Source of the DNA: Candidatus Saccharimonadia bacterium
GTDB lineage: Bacteria > Patescibacteriota > Saccharimonadia > Saccharimonadales > JALRHH01
Length of the DNA stretch: 64,000 nucleotides
Assembly: GCA_023253175.1 (NCBI GenBank)
Contig: JALRHH010000002.1
Location: forward strand, 64,199-128,198
Direction: 5' to 3'
The translations under genes were made by a program, and so were the position numbers. Positions 25,464 to 36,183 of this stretch are shown in pieces. The notes beneath the pieces were generated by a model that had not been told where the DNA came from, ran no database searches, and saw only the letters and a program-made list of their open reading frames with translations. Each line of letters starts with the position of its first letter. The first letter of the stretch is position 1.

Positions 25464-26495
25464 CTACTCCGCTGCAGCTAGTTCGCGGACTTTTTGATCA
25501 AGCTCTGTGAGGACTTCTGAGTTTTCCTTCAGATATTCCTTGGCAGCTTCGCGTCCTTGGCCGATGGTCTGGCCATTATATTTGTAGAAAGCGCCGGCCT
25601 TTTCAACTAGGTTACGGTTGGTAGCAAGGTCAAGCACGTCACCAGCGGTTGAGATACCCTGGTTGTACATAATGTCGAACTCCGCTTCACGGAATGGCGG
25701 AGCGATCTTATTTTTGACTACCTTTACACGGGTCCGGTTACCAACAACCGAATCGCCTTGTTTAATCTGTGAAATACGGCGAATGTCCATACGGACAGAT
25801 GCATAGAACTTCAGCGCATTACCACCGGTTGTAGTCTCCGGGTTGCCAAACATAACACCGATCTTCATACGGATCTGGTTAATGAAGATAACTGTCGCCT
25901 TTGACTTGTTAATAACACCGGTCAACTTACGGAGTGCCTGGCTCATAAGGCGGGCCTGAAGACCGGGCAATGAATCACCCATGTCACCTTCGATTTCTGC
26001 ACGTGGAACCAATGCCGCAACAGAGTCAACAACGATCAGATCAACTGCATTTGAACGGACCAAAGTCTCTACGATTTCGAGCGCCTGCTCACCGTTGTCT
26101 GGCTGTGAAAGGAGCAAGTTCTCTACGTCAACACCAATACGTTTTGCGTAGGCTGGATCAAGCGCGTGCTCTGCATCGATAAATGCAGCAGTGCCGCCTT
26201 GGCGCTGCACCTCTGCAATTGCATGAAGCGTTAGTGTCGTCTTACCAGAACTTTCTGGACCATAAATCTCAACCACGCGGCCCTTTGGAATACCGCCGCC
26301 AAGCGCAAGATCAAGCGATAATGCACCCGTTGGGATCGTCTCTACGTTTACTTTGTGCGCCTCGCCAAGCTTCATAATAGAGCCCTTGCCGAATTGCTTC
26401 TCGATAGATTCTAATGCAAGGCCGAGCGCCTTGGTCTTGCCCTCTGATTCTGCATCAGTCATTGTCTTTAGTGGCTTGTCTTTTTTCGCTGCCAT
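25464..26495 (-). CDS. recA: Recombinase RecA
   Basis: AAGGAGGG RBS 9 nt before ATG 26495 (MAAKKDK..). GPESSGKTT Walker [10 protein letters not shown], unmistakable RecA sequence. Confidence 0.95.
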   Translation of the reverse strand: MAAKKDKPLKTMTDAESEGKTKALGLALESIEKQFGKGSIMKLGEAHKVNVETIPTGALSLDLALGGGIPKGRVVEIYGPESSGKTTLTLHAIAEVQRQGGTAAFIDAEHALDPAYAKRIGVDVENLLLSQPDNGEQALEIVETLVRSNAVDLIVVDSVAALVPRAEIEGDMGDSLPGLQARLMSQALRKLTGVINKSKATVIFINQIRMKIGVMFGNPETTTGGNALKFYASVRMDIRRISQIKQGDSVVGNRTRVKVVKNKIAPPFREAEFDIMYNQGISTAGDVLDLATNRNLVEKAGAFYKYNGQTIGQGREAAKEYLKENSEVLTELDQKVRELAAAE

Positions 26496-26715
26496 GTCTG
26501 TATACCCTCCTTGATTAATCGGCCCTTCACATCTTGGTGTCAATGACAGGCTTTGCCCTAACTATAGCGAAAATTGTTTAATTTATCGAAGGGTAGTAAA
26601 TACTACACTTAAGAGAAATAAAACGATTTGCAGCCAGGTAGGCTAAGCGTGTCGTGGCACAAAAGTGTGAAGGTCCGATTTTTGTCCACCTGTTACTTCT
26701 TATTATATCAAGAGA

Positions 26716-26729
26716 CGAAATATATTTCG
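26716..26729. promoter_or_regulatory. Perfect 14-bp palindrome CGAAATATATTTCG, candidate operator upstream of pilB
   Basis: It lies 40 nt upstream of the pilB ATG in the recA/pilB divergent intergenic region. No cognate regulator identified. Confidence 0.3.
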
Positions 26730-26769
26730 CCTATATTATGCTTGAGCTTTTGCTATACTAAGCATAACT

Positions 26770-28578
26770 ATGCGCATATCTGATGCATTGGTGGAAAAAC
26801 TGTTGGTGGGGGCAGACAGAATTGCCGCTGACCAATTGAGTGCGCTCAAGGAACAAGAGAAAACAGAGAAAAAGCCGCTTCAAGACCTTGTCATTGGCAA
26901 CGGTCTCATATCTGAAAAAGACCTAACCCAGCTTTACGCCGATGAAGTTGATATACCCTACACTGACCTCAATCCAAAAGAGATAAAAAAGGACGTTCTG
27001 AAGCTGATTCCAGAACATATCGCCCGGCAGTACGGAGTCATCCTATTCGGTGTCGATGAAGATGAGACGAAGCTCCTGGCCATGGAAGACCCAGATGACA
27101 TTCCGGCGATTAACTTCCTGCGAAAACAACTGGGTGATGCAATCAAGGTCTATGTTGCGCCGGTCAGTCAAATTCAGTCAGCACTTGATCTCTACCGTGG
27201 AAACATCAGTAGTGAACTCACGCAGGTTATCAGCGAAGAGGAAGAAGAGGCAGCGACAGAAGATGTCAGTGCCGAAGACCTCAGTGAAGACTCCCCGATT
27301 GCCCAGACTGTTAATTTACTCATCGAGTATGCGATCCGGAGTGGCGCCAGTGATATTCACATTGAACCAAGGGAAAACGTTGTATCCGTACGTTACCGTG
27401 TTGATGGTATTTTGCGCGAAGCCAATAAGCTTCCCAAAAAAGTGCATAGCGCATTAATTTCCCGTATTAAGATCCTTTCAAATCTTAAAATCGACGAACG
27501 TCGCGTACCCCAGGATGGTCGATTCAAGATCAAAATTGGAAGCGGTATTTATGCGCTTCGTGTCTCGACACTGCCTATTACTGAGGGCGAGAAGGTCGTT
27601 ATGCGTATCCTTAACGAATCAAGCGGTGCAGCAACCCTCGAAGAACTGGGATACTGGGGCATCTCACTAGATACACTTAATGAATCAATTCGCCAGCCGC
27701 ACGGTATGATTCTCGTAACTGGACCGACGGGGTCTGGAAAATCAACAAGTCTTTTCAGTACCCTAAGCCTTCTGAACAAGCCAAGCGTCAATATCTCTAC
27801 CGTTGAAGATCCGGTTGAATATAAAATACCCGGTGCAAACCAGACGCAGGTTAACCCTAAGGCGGGTATGACGTTTGCCGCAGGACTCCGTGCACTCCTT
27901 AGGCAAGACCCGAACATTATTATGGTTGGTGAGATTCGTGACGGTGAAACATCGGGCCTAGCCGTACAAGCAGCGCTTACAGGTCACCTTGTGTTCGCAA
28001 CGCTTCACACCAATAACGCGGCAACCTGTCTTCCCCGTCTACTTGATATGGGTATCGAGCCATTCTTGATCGCAAGCACGGTGCGCTCTGTCGTGGGTCA
28101 GCGTCTTGTCCGAAAGCTATGTGTCGACTGCCGCGAGGAAATCACACCAGACACAGCAGCACTGAAGCAAATCGCGGATATCTATGGTATCAATGACACT
28201 GCTGTCATGAAGCGTATCCACGACCTTGAGGTGAGTGCACTCGAAGGTGGCATCGGCAAGAGCAACAGCGGCAAGGCTAAGGTTGATACGACCAAATTAT
28301 CCACTACCGACTCCAAGATACAGCGGCTCTTTAGGGCACATGATGAGGGCTGTGACAGCTGTGGCCACACTGGCTACAAGGGCCGAATGGGAATCTATGA
28401 AGTGCTTCGAAACTCCGGAGAAGTACAGCGCCTTATCGTAAGCAATGCAACAAGTGACACTATTCAGAATCAGGCCGTCAAAGAAGGTATGGTGACAATG
28501 CAGGTTGACGGTTTCATAAAGGCACTCCGTGGCCAAACAACCATTGAAGAAATCCTACGAGTAACCGCAGAAAGTTAA
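26770..28578 (+). CDS. pilB: Type IV pilus assembly ATPase PilB (GspE family)
   Basis: 602 aa. VTGPTGSGKST Walker A, GEIRD, tetracysteine CVDC..CDSC, GspE N-terminal domain. Confidence 0.9.
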   Translation: MRISDALVEKLLVGADRIAADQLSALKEQEKTEKKPLQDLVIGNGLISEKDLTQLYADEVDIPYTDLNPKEIKKDVLKLIPEHIARQYGVILFGVDEDETKLLAMEDPDDIPAINFLRKQLGDAIKVYVAPVSQIQSALDLYRGNISSELTQVISEEEEEAATEDVSAEDLSEDSPIAQTVNLLIEYAIRSGASDIHIEPRENVVSVRYRVDGILREANKLPKKVHSALISRIKILSNLKIDERRVPQDGRFKIKIGSGIYALRVSTLPITEGEKVVMRILNESSGAATLEELGYWGISLDTLNESIRQPHGMILVTGPTGSGKSTSLFSTLSLLNKPSVNISTVEDPVEYKIPGANQTQVNPKAGMTFAAGLRALLRQDPNIIMVGEIRDGETSGLAVQAALTGHLVFATLHTNNAATCLPRLLDMGIEPFLIASTVRSVVGQRLVRKLCVDCREEITPDTAALKQIADIYGINDTAVMKRIHDLEVSALEGGIGKSNSGKAKVDTTKLSTTDSKIQRLFRAHDEGCDSCGHTGYKGRMGIYEVLRNSGEVQRLIVSNATSDTIQNQAVKEGMVTMQVDGFIKALRGQTTIEEILRVTAES

Positions 28579-28579
28579 T

Positions 28580-29788
28580 ATGAAATTTACCTATACCGCA
28601 ATCGACAAAACTGGCAAACGAACAACAGGCGCCATTGAATCAAGCTCAGAGGCAGCTGCGAATGAATCACTCAAAAACAAAGGACTTCGGCCGCTGAGCC
28701 TCAAGAAACAATCAGGTCTTGCCGGCGGTGCACTATTTGGCAAAAAGAAGGTAAAGCTCAAAGAAACGATGATTTTTACTCGCCAGCTGGCGACTATGAT
28801 TAATGCCGGGGTGCCGCTCGTAAGGTCGCTCAATACCCTGCAGAGCCAAACCGAGAACGCAACGTTAAAGCGCCACATTACAGAAGTATGTAAAGACGTC
28901 GAAGGAGGAATTGCTTTTGCGGATGCTCTCGAAAAACACCCTTCTATTTTTAGTCCAATTTACATCAACATGGTGCGTGCCGGTGAAGCCGGAGGTATCC
29001 TTGATGACATCCTTGGAAAGCTCGCAACGCAGCAAGAAAAAGATGCCCACATTCGTGCCAAGTTTAAAGGTGCGATGACCTATCCAGTTATTCTGCTTTC
29101 GATCACGTTCCTCGTTTTCTTAGGACTTATGGTTGTTGTGATGCCAAAGCTCGGACAGATCATCAAAGAGCTCGCTGGACCAGACGCGACCATGCCGGCA
29201 ACCACACAAGCCATGCTTAATTTCAGCTCATTTTTAATACATAACTGGCTGCTTATTATTATCGTGGTCGGCGTCGGTAGTTTCTTCTTGAGACGCTATA
29301 TTAAAACACCTAAAGGCAGACGGGCCAAAGACAAGTTCCTCATGAAAATACCGGTACTCAATGGCATCATCAAAAAAGTTGCGATTGCACGCTTCGCCAG
29401 AATCTTCGCCAGCCTCATGGGCGCAGGTGTTAATGTCGTCGATTCTATTCACATTACCGCAAAAGCACTCGGTAATGCAGTAATTGAAGATGAGCTAATG
29501 GATGCATCAAAAGCAGTCGTAAATGGACAGCAATTATCAGTCCCCCTTAGTAACAGCCAAGTACTACCTCAAATTGTTAGCCAGATGCTTGCCGTTGGCG
29601 AGGAAACAGGTCAGACCGATGTTATCCTGCTAAAAATTGCTGACTTCTACGAAGAAGAAGTCGATGTTGTCGTTGATAGCCTCAGTTCTATCCTGGAGCC
29701 AATTATGATCGTCGTAATGGGCGGCATGGTTGGAGTTGTGGCGATTAGTGTTATTGGGCCGATTAGTAAGCTCTCTTCTCAGTTATAG
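28580..29788 (+). CDS. pilC: Type IV pilus platform protein PilC (GspF family)
   Basis: 402 aa. Two GspF repeats and 3 TM segments. Confidence 0.85.
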   Translation: MKFTYTAIDKTGKRTTGAIESSSEAAANESLKNKGLRPLSLKKQSGLAGGALFGKKKVKLKETMIFTRQLATMINAGVPLVRSLNTLQSQTENATLKRHITEVCKDVEGGIAFADALEKHPSIFSPIYINMVRAGEAGGILDDILGKLATQQEKDAHIRAKFKGAMTYPVILLSITFLVFLGLMVVVMPKLGQIIKELAGPDATMPATTQAMLNFSSFLIHNWLLIIIVVGVGSFFLRRYIKTPKGRRAKDKFLMKIPVLNGIIKKVAIARFARIFASLMGAGVNVVDSIHITAKALGNAVIEDELMDASKAVVNGQQLSVPLSNSQVLPQIVSQMLAVGEETGQTDVILLKIADFYEEEVDVVVDSLSSILEPIMIVVMGGMVGVVAISVIGPISKLSSQL

Positions 29789-29911
29789 CTGTGCAAAAAC
29801 ACTTGCATAACCGCCATGCTGTGATACTGTTATAAGCATAAGCCTCATATGATTGATATGATGCAGGTTTAGATATAGAAATTAAGCTAATAAGTAATAA
29901 GGGTGGGAATA

Positions 29912-30394
29912 ATGTCCAAAACACTTAAGGCAGTACAAAAAGGTTTCACAATCATCGAACTTTTGATTGTGATTGCGATTATCGCTATCTTGGCGCTCTT
30001 CGTTATTAATAACATTCAGGGTGGTCAGGCCAAGGCTCGTGACCAGCAGCGTGTCAACGACATCAACGCTATCAAGAACCAACTTGAGAGCGTCTACAAC
30101 GAGACAAGCACATACCCAAGCACCGTGAGCACTACAACGCTTACCGGCGTTGAAGAAGGTGCCCTAAAGGACCCAATCGGGAACCAGGACGTAAGTAACG
30201 TAACTCCAGTTGCGAACCAGGCTGCAGCACTTGCCGCAACTGCAGCAGCTGACACCGGCACAAGCGCTGGATACTACTACATCCCTTACAACTGTACTGG
30301 TACAACATGTACTGGCTACGTTCTAAAGGCTCCAGTAGAAAAGAACACTGATGCAATTACTGGCGTATACGTCGTAAAGAGCCTCAACCAATAG
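29912..30394 (+). CDS. pilA: Major type IV pilin (prepilin N-terminal methylation motif)
   Basis: ATG 29912. KGFTIIELLIVIAIIAILA class III signal, followed by a strong terminator. Confidence 0.85.
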   Translation: MSKTLKAVQKGFTIIELLIVIAIIAILALFVINNIQGGQAKARDQQRVNDINAIKNQLESVYNETSTYPSTVSTTTLTGVEEGALKDPIGNQDVSNVTPVANQAAALAATAAADTGTSAGYYYIPYNCTGTTCTGYVLKAPVEKNTDAITGVYVVKSLNQ

Positions 30395-30413
30395 TAAGTT
30401 GCCTCTTACATAT

Positions 30414-30441
30414 AAAAACACCCCATGATCGGGGTGTTTTT
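30414..30441 (+). terminator. Rho-independent terminator after pilA
   Basis: acacccc-atgatc-ggggtgt followed by TTTTT. Confidence 0.75.
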
Positions 30442-30492
30442 ATATGACCGTCAAAATGCTTATGCTATAATTACCCCTGAAAGAGACAAGCC

Positions 30493-30888
30493 GTGGTGAA
30501 AAAAAACAGTCTTGGGTTTACGACAGTTGAACTTCTGATAGCAATTGGCATGATTGGCATTATCGTGCCGTCAGTCATTGGTCTCACAACAACTATAAAT
30601 AAACTCAATAACCGCGCAAACGATCTCAATACCATCAACTCACTTGCTGAAAACAAAATTGAGAGTTTACGAAGCCTAGGCTTTACAGGTCTTAATAACG
30701 GAACGACCACATTCACGAATGAGCTACCGCCTAGTATTGGTAGCCCCAGGTCCGCTACATATACCGTTACCTCACCTCAGCCAGATATTAGGCAAGTTGA
30801 TATTCAAATTAATTACACCGACCATGGAACTTCACAGTCAGCGTCGTACAAAACATACGTAGGAGAAGTTGGTGTTGGGCAATATTAA
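30493..30888 (+). CDS. Minor pilin (prepilin-type N-terminal domain)
   Basis: GTG start. LGFTTVELLIAIGMIGII motif. Confidence 0.7.
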   Translation: MVKKNSLGFTTVELLIAIGMIGIIVPSVIGLTTTINKLNNRANDLNTINSLAENKIESLRSLGFTGLNNGTTTFTNELPPSIGSPRSATYTVTSPQPDIRQVDIQINYTDHGTSQSASYKTYVGEVGVGQY

Positions 30889-31555
30889 ACAACAGCTTAA
30901 TGAACGGGGCGTGACGCTCGTTGAACTCATGGTCGTGATATCTATTGCGAGCATCGTCCTGCTGGCCGTAGCATCTATCAGTATATATATTTATGGAGAC
31001 ACGCTTCGAGGCTCTATACGCGCGCGGCTAGGCGGTGAGTCACAGAACATTTTACGCTCAGTGACGGAGGAACTCCGGCAGAGCTCAGCGATCCGGACAA
31101 CTAATGCTAACCCAGATAGCCATGCTCCGAGCGGCGGCTGGAACACAAGTAACGCCAACCTTATTCTGATCATCTCTACCCCCGCCCTCGACACTAATAA
31201 CAATTTCATCATGAACACCCAGTCAGGCTTTCCGTACCAAAATGAAATTGTCTATTTCGTGAGCGGTGGAACCCTGTACAAGAGATACATAGCCAATCAA
31301 AGCGCTGCAGGAAATCGCACAAAGACCACCTGCCCCGCAGCGAGCGCCAATGCAAGCTGCCCGCAGGATATCGAAATGAGCAAGTATTTCAAGGATATGA
31401 ATTTTGTATTCTATGATCAAAATAATGATGTAACCACCAACATTCCAAACGCCCGGTCAATACTTTTGAATATCGACCTTGAACGAAAAGTGTACGGACA
31501 GCCGGTGACCTTTGAAAACGCAATACGTATTACAATCAGGAATAATGCATCATGA
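30869..31555 (+). CDS. Minor pilin (prepilin-type N-terminal domain)
   Basis: RGVTLVELMVVISIASIVL motif. Overlaps its neighbours. Confidence 0.7.
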   Translation: MVLGNIKQQLNERGVTLVELMVVISIASIVLLAVASISIYIYGDTLRGSIRARLGGESQNILRSVTEELRQSSAIRTTNANPDSHAPSGGWNTSNANLILIISTPALDTNNNFIMNTQSGFPYQNEIVYFVSGGTLYKRYIANQSAAGNRTKTTCPAASANASCPQDIEMSKYFKDMNFVFYDQNNDVTTNIPNARSILLNIDLERKVYGQPVTFENAIRITIRNNAS

Positions 31556-32925
31556 AAAAATCAGAAAACGGATTCATACTACTTTCTATACTTCTCAGTA
31601 CTACGATATTAACCCTTATGGGTGTTGCTGCACTAGAAATTGTGAGCAGCAATCTGCGTGCCGCTAGGGCCGAGCAAAGCAGAGTTAACGCACAGTTTAC
31701 GGCTGACGCGGGGCTCGATGATGCAATCAGACAGCTCAATCAAAACTCCAGCTGGACTGGCCAACCTCAGACCACACTCTTGAACACGACAAAACAACGC
31801 ACAACATACGAGACAACCGTTACTGAAGGCTCAACTCAATTTCAAAAATTCATAAACGTTACTGCGCACACATACACCCCGGGTAGTAGCACCACTCCAT
31901 CTCATACACGTAAATACAGTGTTGAAATGCGCGGTGTCGGAAGTGGTAGCTACTCGATTGTAAGTGGTGTTGGTGGCCTGATCATGAAAAACAACTCCAA
32001 AATCCTTGGCGGCGAAGTATACGTCAATGGTGAGCTCAGTCTATCTAACTCAGCCCAAATAGGCCTTAGTCTATTGCCAGTTAAGGTTAGCGTGGCGGAC
32101 CAATCGTGCCCCCTAAATGGCAGCAGTGGCTACCCAAGAGTCTGTACTGCCGGCGAACGGAGCAGTACCCAACCAATCACCTTTGCGGGTAATTCTCGTA
32201 TCTACGGCCAAGTTCAGGCAACCAACCAAACTAATGGGGCAAACATGTTCAGCCCCGGTCTCGTAGCTGGCTCACCAGCTGCCGCGCCGTTACCGGAATA
32301 CGACAGACAAGCACAAATAGATCGCGTGGCGAACAATATGACAGGTTCTCAGGCAAGCTGCTCACTCGGCGTAAAAACCTGGCCAGCTAACACGAAAATA
32401 ACCGGTGACGTGACCGTGTCTGGTGTCTGTGTCATCACCGTAGAAGGAGATGTCTGGATCACGGGTAACTTGAACCTCAGCAATGCCGCTATCGTCATCG
32501 TAAAGCTTGGCGTTACTCAACAACCCGTCATCATGGTTGACGGAAATAACGGCGTCACAATTCGCAACGCCGCCGGACTGATGGCAAACATCAATCTATC
32601 CCCTGTTGGGTTTAAGGTCATAACGTACGCAAGTACTGTGGCTTGCTCCACTGCCGCCAGCAATGCCTGTGATGTGACTGGCACAAATCTCTACAACAGC
32701 AAGAGCAAGGTGACAATTAGTATCGAAAACGCGGCAACTGCAGCTGAAACAGAATTCTATGCACGCTGGTCAAAAGTAACCATTAATAATTCAGGGAATA
32801 TCGGGGCACTTGTTGGTCAAACGGTTGAGCTAAGTAACGCAGCGGCAATCACTTTTGGTACAGAAGTTTCAGGCTTTAGCGGACCAGTTGCCTGGGTAGT
32901 CAATTCCTATAAGCGGACATACTAA
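31552..32925 (+). CDS. PilX-like large minor pilin / pilus tip-associated protein
   Basis: 457 aa. ENGFILLSILLSTTILTLMG N-terminal hydrophobic helix; beta-rich remainder. Confidence 0.55.
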   Translation: MKKSENGFILLSILLSTTILTLMGVAALEIVSSNLRAARAEQSRVNAQFTADAGLDDAIRQLNQNSSWTGQPQTTLLNTTKQRTTYETTVTEGSTQFQKFINVTAHTYTPGSSTTPSHTRKYSVEMRGVGSGSYSIVSGVGGLIMKNNSKILGGEVYVNGELSLSNSAQIGLSLLPVKVSVADQSCPLNGSSGYPRVCTAGERSSTQPITFAGNSRIYGQVQATNQTNGANMFSPGLVAGSPAAAPLPEYDRQAQIDRVANNMTGSQASCSLGVKTWPANTKITGDVTVSGVCVITVEGDVWITGNLNLSNAAIVIVKLGVTQQPVIMVDGNNGVTIRNAAGLMANINLSPVGFKVITYASTVACSTAASNACDVTGTNLYNSKSKVTISIENAATAAETEFYARWSKVTINNSGNIGALVGQTVELSNAAAITFGTEVSGFSGPVAWVVNSYKRTY

Positions 32926-32986
32926 TGAAAACGAATGTCGTCTGGTATACTAAGCGTAGAAATACCGCTTATGGTGGGCAGTAATA

Positions 32987-34063
32987 ATGAGCAAAGAAAC
33001 ACTTTTCTACAAAGATAAACCAATTTTCGGACTTGATGTTGGCTATGGCAGCATCAAGGTGATGCAGATTACCAGTAATGGTCATCATCACAATGTTATT
33101 GGTTACGGTGCCGCAAATTTTGATGCTTCATGCATCAAAGATGGCATTATTACTGACATCGAACCAGTCGCAAAGGCAATCCAGTCGCTGTTTAAAGAAA
33201 AGTTAACTGGCGACATAACAACGCACCGCGTCGTAATGTCCATCCCTGCCGCCCACGTATTCAATCGCACGGTAAAGCTCCCGAATCTCAGCACCAAAGA
33301 GCTTGAGGAAGCCATTAATTCTGAAGTCGAGCGCTACGTGCCGATCCCAAATGCAGACCTGTATACCGACTACACAAAGCTTAGAACAGCCGGGAGCGAG
33401 TCGGAGTATCTTGTAGTGGCGACACCCAGAAAAGTCGTAGACCGAAGAGTAGATCTGGCAAAAGTACTGGGCCTTGAACTTGTTGGTATCCAAACCACTA
33501 TCGATGCAAGTGGCCGTATGTTCTTGCAATCGGACGCCAGCACAAACCCTACGGCCCTGATAGACTTCGGATCAACTTCATCAGACCTCACTATCTATGA
33601 TCAAGGCCTCATCGTAACAGGAACCGTACCGGTTGGTGGCGACGCATTTACCGACAGGATCGCCCAAACACTCAGTGTCACCAAAGAAGAAGCCCATATT
33701 ATCAAGACAAAATACGGGCTTGGTGTTAGTAAAAAACAGAAACAAATCACAGACGGACTCGTTCCAACGCTGCAAATGATCATTAAAGAAGTTAAACGAA
33801 CAATTCGTTACTACGAAGAACGATCGGGTAGCGAACAAAAGGTACTTCAAATCGTAACCATGGGTGGTGGTGCCAACATGCCCGGGCTCTCTGATTACCT
33901 TACAAACACACTGCGTATTCCTACTCGCACTTGTGACCCATGGCAAAATCTGGAATTCTCCAGACTTCAGCCGCCAAATAATACCGAAAAGACGATGTAC
34001 GTAACCGCAGCTGGTCTCGCACTTACGCCTGCAAAAGCATTATTCTCAAGGGGTAGCGCATGA
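32987..34063 (+). CDS. pilM: Type IV pilus assembly protein PilM (actin-like ATPase fold)
   Basis: 358 aa. IFGLDVGYGSIKVMQI, IDFGSTSSDLTI, MGGGANMPGL. Confidence 0.8.
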   Translation: MSKETLFYKDKPIFGLDVGYGSIKVMQITSNGHHHNVIGYGAANFDASCIKDGIITDIEPVAKAIQSLFKEKLTGDITTHRVVMSIPAAHVFNRTVKLPNLSTKELEEAINSEVERYVPIPNADLYTDYTKLRTAGSESEYLVVATPRKVVDRRVDLAKVLGLELVGIQTTIDASGRMFLQSDASTNPTALIDFGSTSSDLTIYDQGLIVTGTVPVGGDAFTDRIAQTLSVTKEEAHIIKTKYGLGVSKKQKQITDGLVPTLQMIIKEVKRTIRYYEERSGSEQKVLQIVTMGGGANMPGLSDYLTNTLRIPTRTCDPWQNLEFSRLQPPNNTEKTMYVTAAGLALTPAKALFSRGSA

Positions 34064-34659
34064 TCAATTTACTCCCTCCCGACACCAAGCAAGAGATTAC
34101 CTTTGCACGCCGAAATACTGTACTCAGAAACTGGCTTCTGGCAATGATTGTAGGCTTCGCCGGAATTCTACTTGTGATTGGTGGTGGACTCTTCTTCATC
34201 GTACATTCAACAGACAACTGGGAAAAACAAGTTGTGGCAACCGACGCTAAACTGAAGGAGCAGAAACTTCAAGAAACACAGACCCGTGTTAAGGATATGA
34301 GTGAGAGTATAAAGCTTGCATCAGACGTGTTATCAAGCCAAGTGCTATTTTCAAAACTACTCTCGCAGGTTACGACCGTCCTGCCTTCCCGCGCCCTACT
34401 ACAAAGTCTTACCATTCAGTCAGTCAGTGGGGGTATCGACCTGACCGTAGGCGCAAAAGACTATCAGGCGGCAACACAGGCTCAGATCAATCTAGCCGAT
34501 CCCAACAATAAAGTATTTGAAAAGGCTGATATCGTAAGTATTAATTGTCAGACCGATGATCCTGATAATGAATACCCCTGTACCGCAACCATCAGGGCAC
34601 TATTCGCAAAAGATAATACATTCCAGTACGGCAGCTCAGCTAAAGGGAGTACACCATGA
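34060..34659 (+). CDS. pilN: PilN-like pilus assembly protein
   Basis: MINLLPP start, single TM, coiled coil. Start overlaps the pilM stop. Confidence 0.65.
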   Translation: MINLLPPDTKQEITFARRNTVLRNWLLAMIVGFAGILLVIGGGLFFIVHSTDNWEKQVVATDAKLKEQKLQETQTRVKDMSESIKLASDVLSSQVLFSKLLSQVTTVLPSRALLQSLTIQSVSGGIDLTVGAKDYQAATQAQINLADPNNKVFEKADIVSINCQTDDPDNEYPCTATIRALFAKDNTFQYGSSAKGSTP

Positions 34660-35276
34660 CCGCTAAAAAACTTTTCTATGGATTAGTGGGCAGCATTGGG
34701 CTACTTGTAGTCATTATTGGGTTGACCGTATTTTATGGCAATCAAATGCTTATCAAGCAAAATAATAAACTAGCCGAGGCCAAGGTGCAGGTTGCAAACC
34801 TCGATCTTGTGCAAAGTTCCCTTGTAACCGCAAAACGTGACATCGAACAGTACAGCACTATTGAGCAGATTGCCAAGACGGTTGTTCCTCAGGAAAAAGA
34901 TCAAGCAAAAACCGTTCGAGAAATCGTAAAAATTGCTAATGAACTGGGTATATCAATATCGAGTATTGGCTTTGCGAGTTCTAGCCTCGGCACCACTGGC
35001 AAGGCGACAACACCTGCTGCTGCGAGCGCCGGCAATACAAGTACAACAACTCAAACCGAGAAAGTAGAAGGCCTTACGGGCGTCGAGAAACTACCTATTA
35101 CTGTCACTTCAGATTCCAACAAGCCAGTCAGTTACAAAAGCTTCCTTCTCTTCCTAGAACGGCTCGAGCAGAATCGACGAACATCACAAGTTGCAGATGT
35201 AAATATTCAACCAAATGCTGATAACCGGAACTTCATTAACTTCAGCCTAAAACTTAACGCATATATCAAAAAGTAG
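34656..35276 (+). CDS. PilO-like pilus assembly protein
   Basis: 206 aa. N-terminal TM plus coiled coil; position after pilN. Confidence 0.45.
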   Translation: MTAKKLFYGLVGSIGLLVVIIGLTVFYGNQMLIKQNNKLAEAKVQVANLDLVQSSLVTAKRDIEQYSTIEQIAKTVVPQEKDQAKTVREIVKIANELGISISSIGFASSSLGTTGKATTPAAASAGNTSTTTQTEKVEGLTGVEKLPITVTSDSNKPVSYKSFLLFLERLEQNRRTSQVADVNIQPNADNRNFINFSLKLNAYIKK

Positions 35277-35281
35277 GACAT

Positions 35282-35584
35282 ATGAATTTCAATATCGACA
35301 TTATTAAATCCCAACTCCCTAAGTACAAGAAAATATTTGAACGTTACGCAGTGTTTATTTTCCTGATTACATTTCTTGGAATTTATATCTTCCTTGTGCA
35401 GCAAATCGGTAAGCTTATCAATTCAGAACCTTCCCCGCAAGCAGTCACAGAAACAAGTACAAAACCAATTAGCCGCCTTAAGATCGACAAGAATGCAGTT
35501 TCCCAGATGGAGCAACTAGAAAGTCAGAATATCCAGGTACAAACGCTCTTCAGTGAAGCGCGACAAAACCCTTTTGCTGAATAA
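35282..35584 (+). CDS. Small membrane protein, last gene of the pilus cluster
   Basis: 100 aa, one TM (YAVFIFLITFLGIYIFLV). Confidence 0.4.
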   Translation: MNFNIDIIKSQLPKYKKIFERYAVFIFLITFLGIYIFLVQQIGKLINSEPSPQAVTETSTKPISRLKIDKNAVSQMEQLESQNIQVQTLFSEARQNPFAE

Positions 35585-35585
35585 T

Positions 35586-36173
35586 CTAGTTTCCGTGGGC
35601 GGCGACATCCGCCTCATGCGCACCCGTCAGGGCCTTTGATACGTCATACGGACTTGGAGCAAACGTAAAGTTATAGTTCCGCTGCTCACCGGCTGTTTCA
35701 ATAATGACCGTACCGTAATTAAACATGTGTGGGAATATACCATTTTGAGTCACGGTAGAATCCTGAACGTCTGCAATACTAAGCTGGGATATCTTCTTAC
35801 TAAATAGGGACAGATACAACTGCTGAGCGATCTTTTCAGAAGTGACAATCAGTACGTTCTGAGAATAGATGTAGGCTGCAACCGTAGTAATTAAAATAGA
35901 AAATAGCGTCATAAATAAGCCAACCGCAATAATGATCGCTTGTAGCGAACCGCCGCTCATGCTCACGTCAGCACCGACTTCACTAAAATCATATGATGCC
36001 GGGAATAGGACCAAAAGGCCAAACACCGTAATGGTAGCCAAAATCCCAAAAACGTACGTAATCACCAACCCGATTGGGTGCTTTCGTACCTCAAGAAAGA
36101 TCTTCTCGTTTTCATCAAATTCAATATTTTGTAGTAGCTTCTTGCCTACTGGCGATAATTGGTCTGGAGTCAT
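35586..36173 (-). CDS. Bacterial PH-domain (bPH_2/YdbS-like) membrane protein
   Basis: 195 aa. Two TM hairpins, then a VLIVTSEKIAQQ...GTVIIETAG beta-sandwich-like tail. Confidence 0.5.
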   Translation of the reverse strand: MTPDQLSPVGKKLLQNIEFDENEKIFLEVRKHPIGLVITYVFGILATITVFGLLVLFPASYDFSEVGADVSMSGGSLQAIIIAVGLFMTLFSILITTVAAYIYSQNVLIVTSEKIAQQLYLSLFSKKISQLSIADVQDSTVTQNGIFPHMFNYGTVIIETAGEQRNYNFTFAPSPYDVSKALTGAHEADVAAHGN

Positions 36174-36183
36174 ATATTCTATT

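Noticed and set aside
26716-26729. Interpretation of the CGAAATATATTTCG palindrome as a LexA SOS box for recA
   Set aside because: It is ~220 nt upstream of the recA start and much closer to pilB. It deviates from GAAC-N4-GTTC at the key C/G positions. No lexA is seen. It is kept only as a generic candidate operator.
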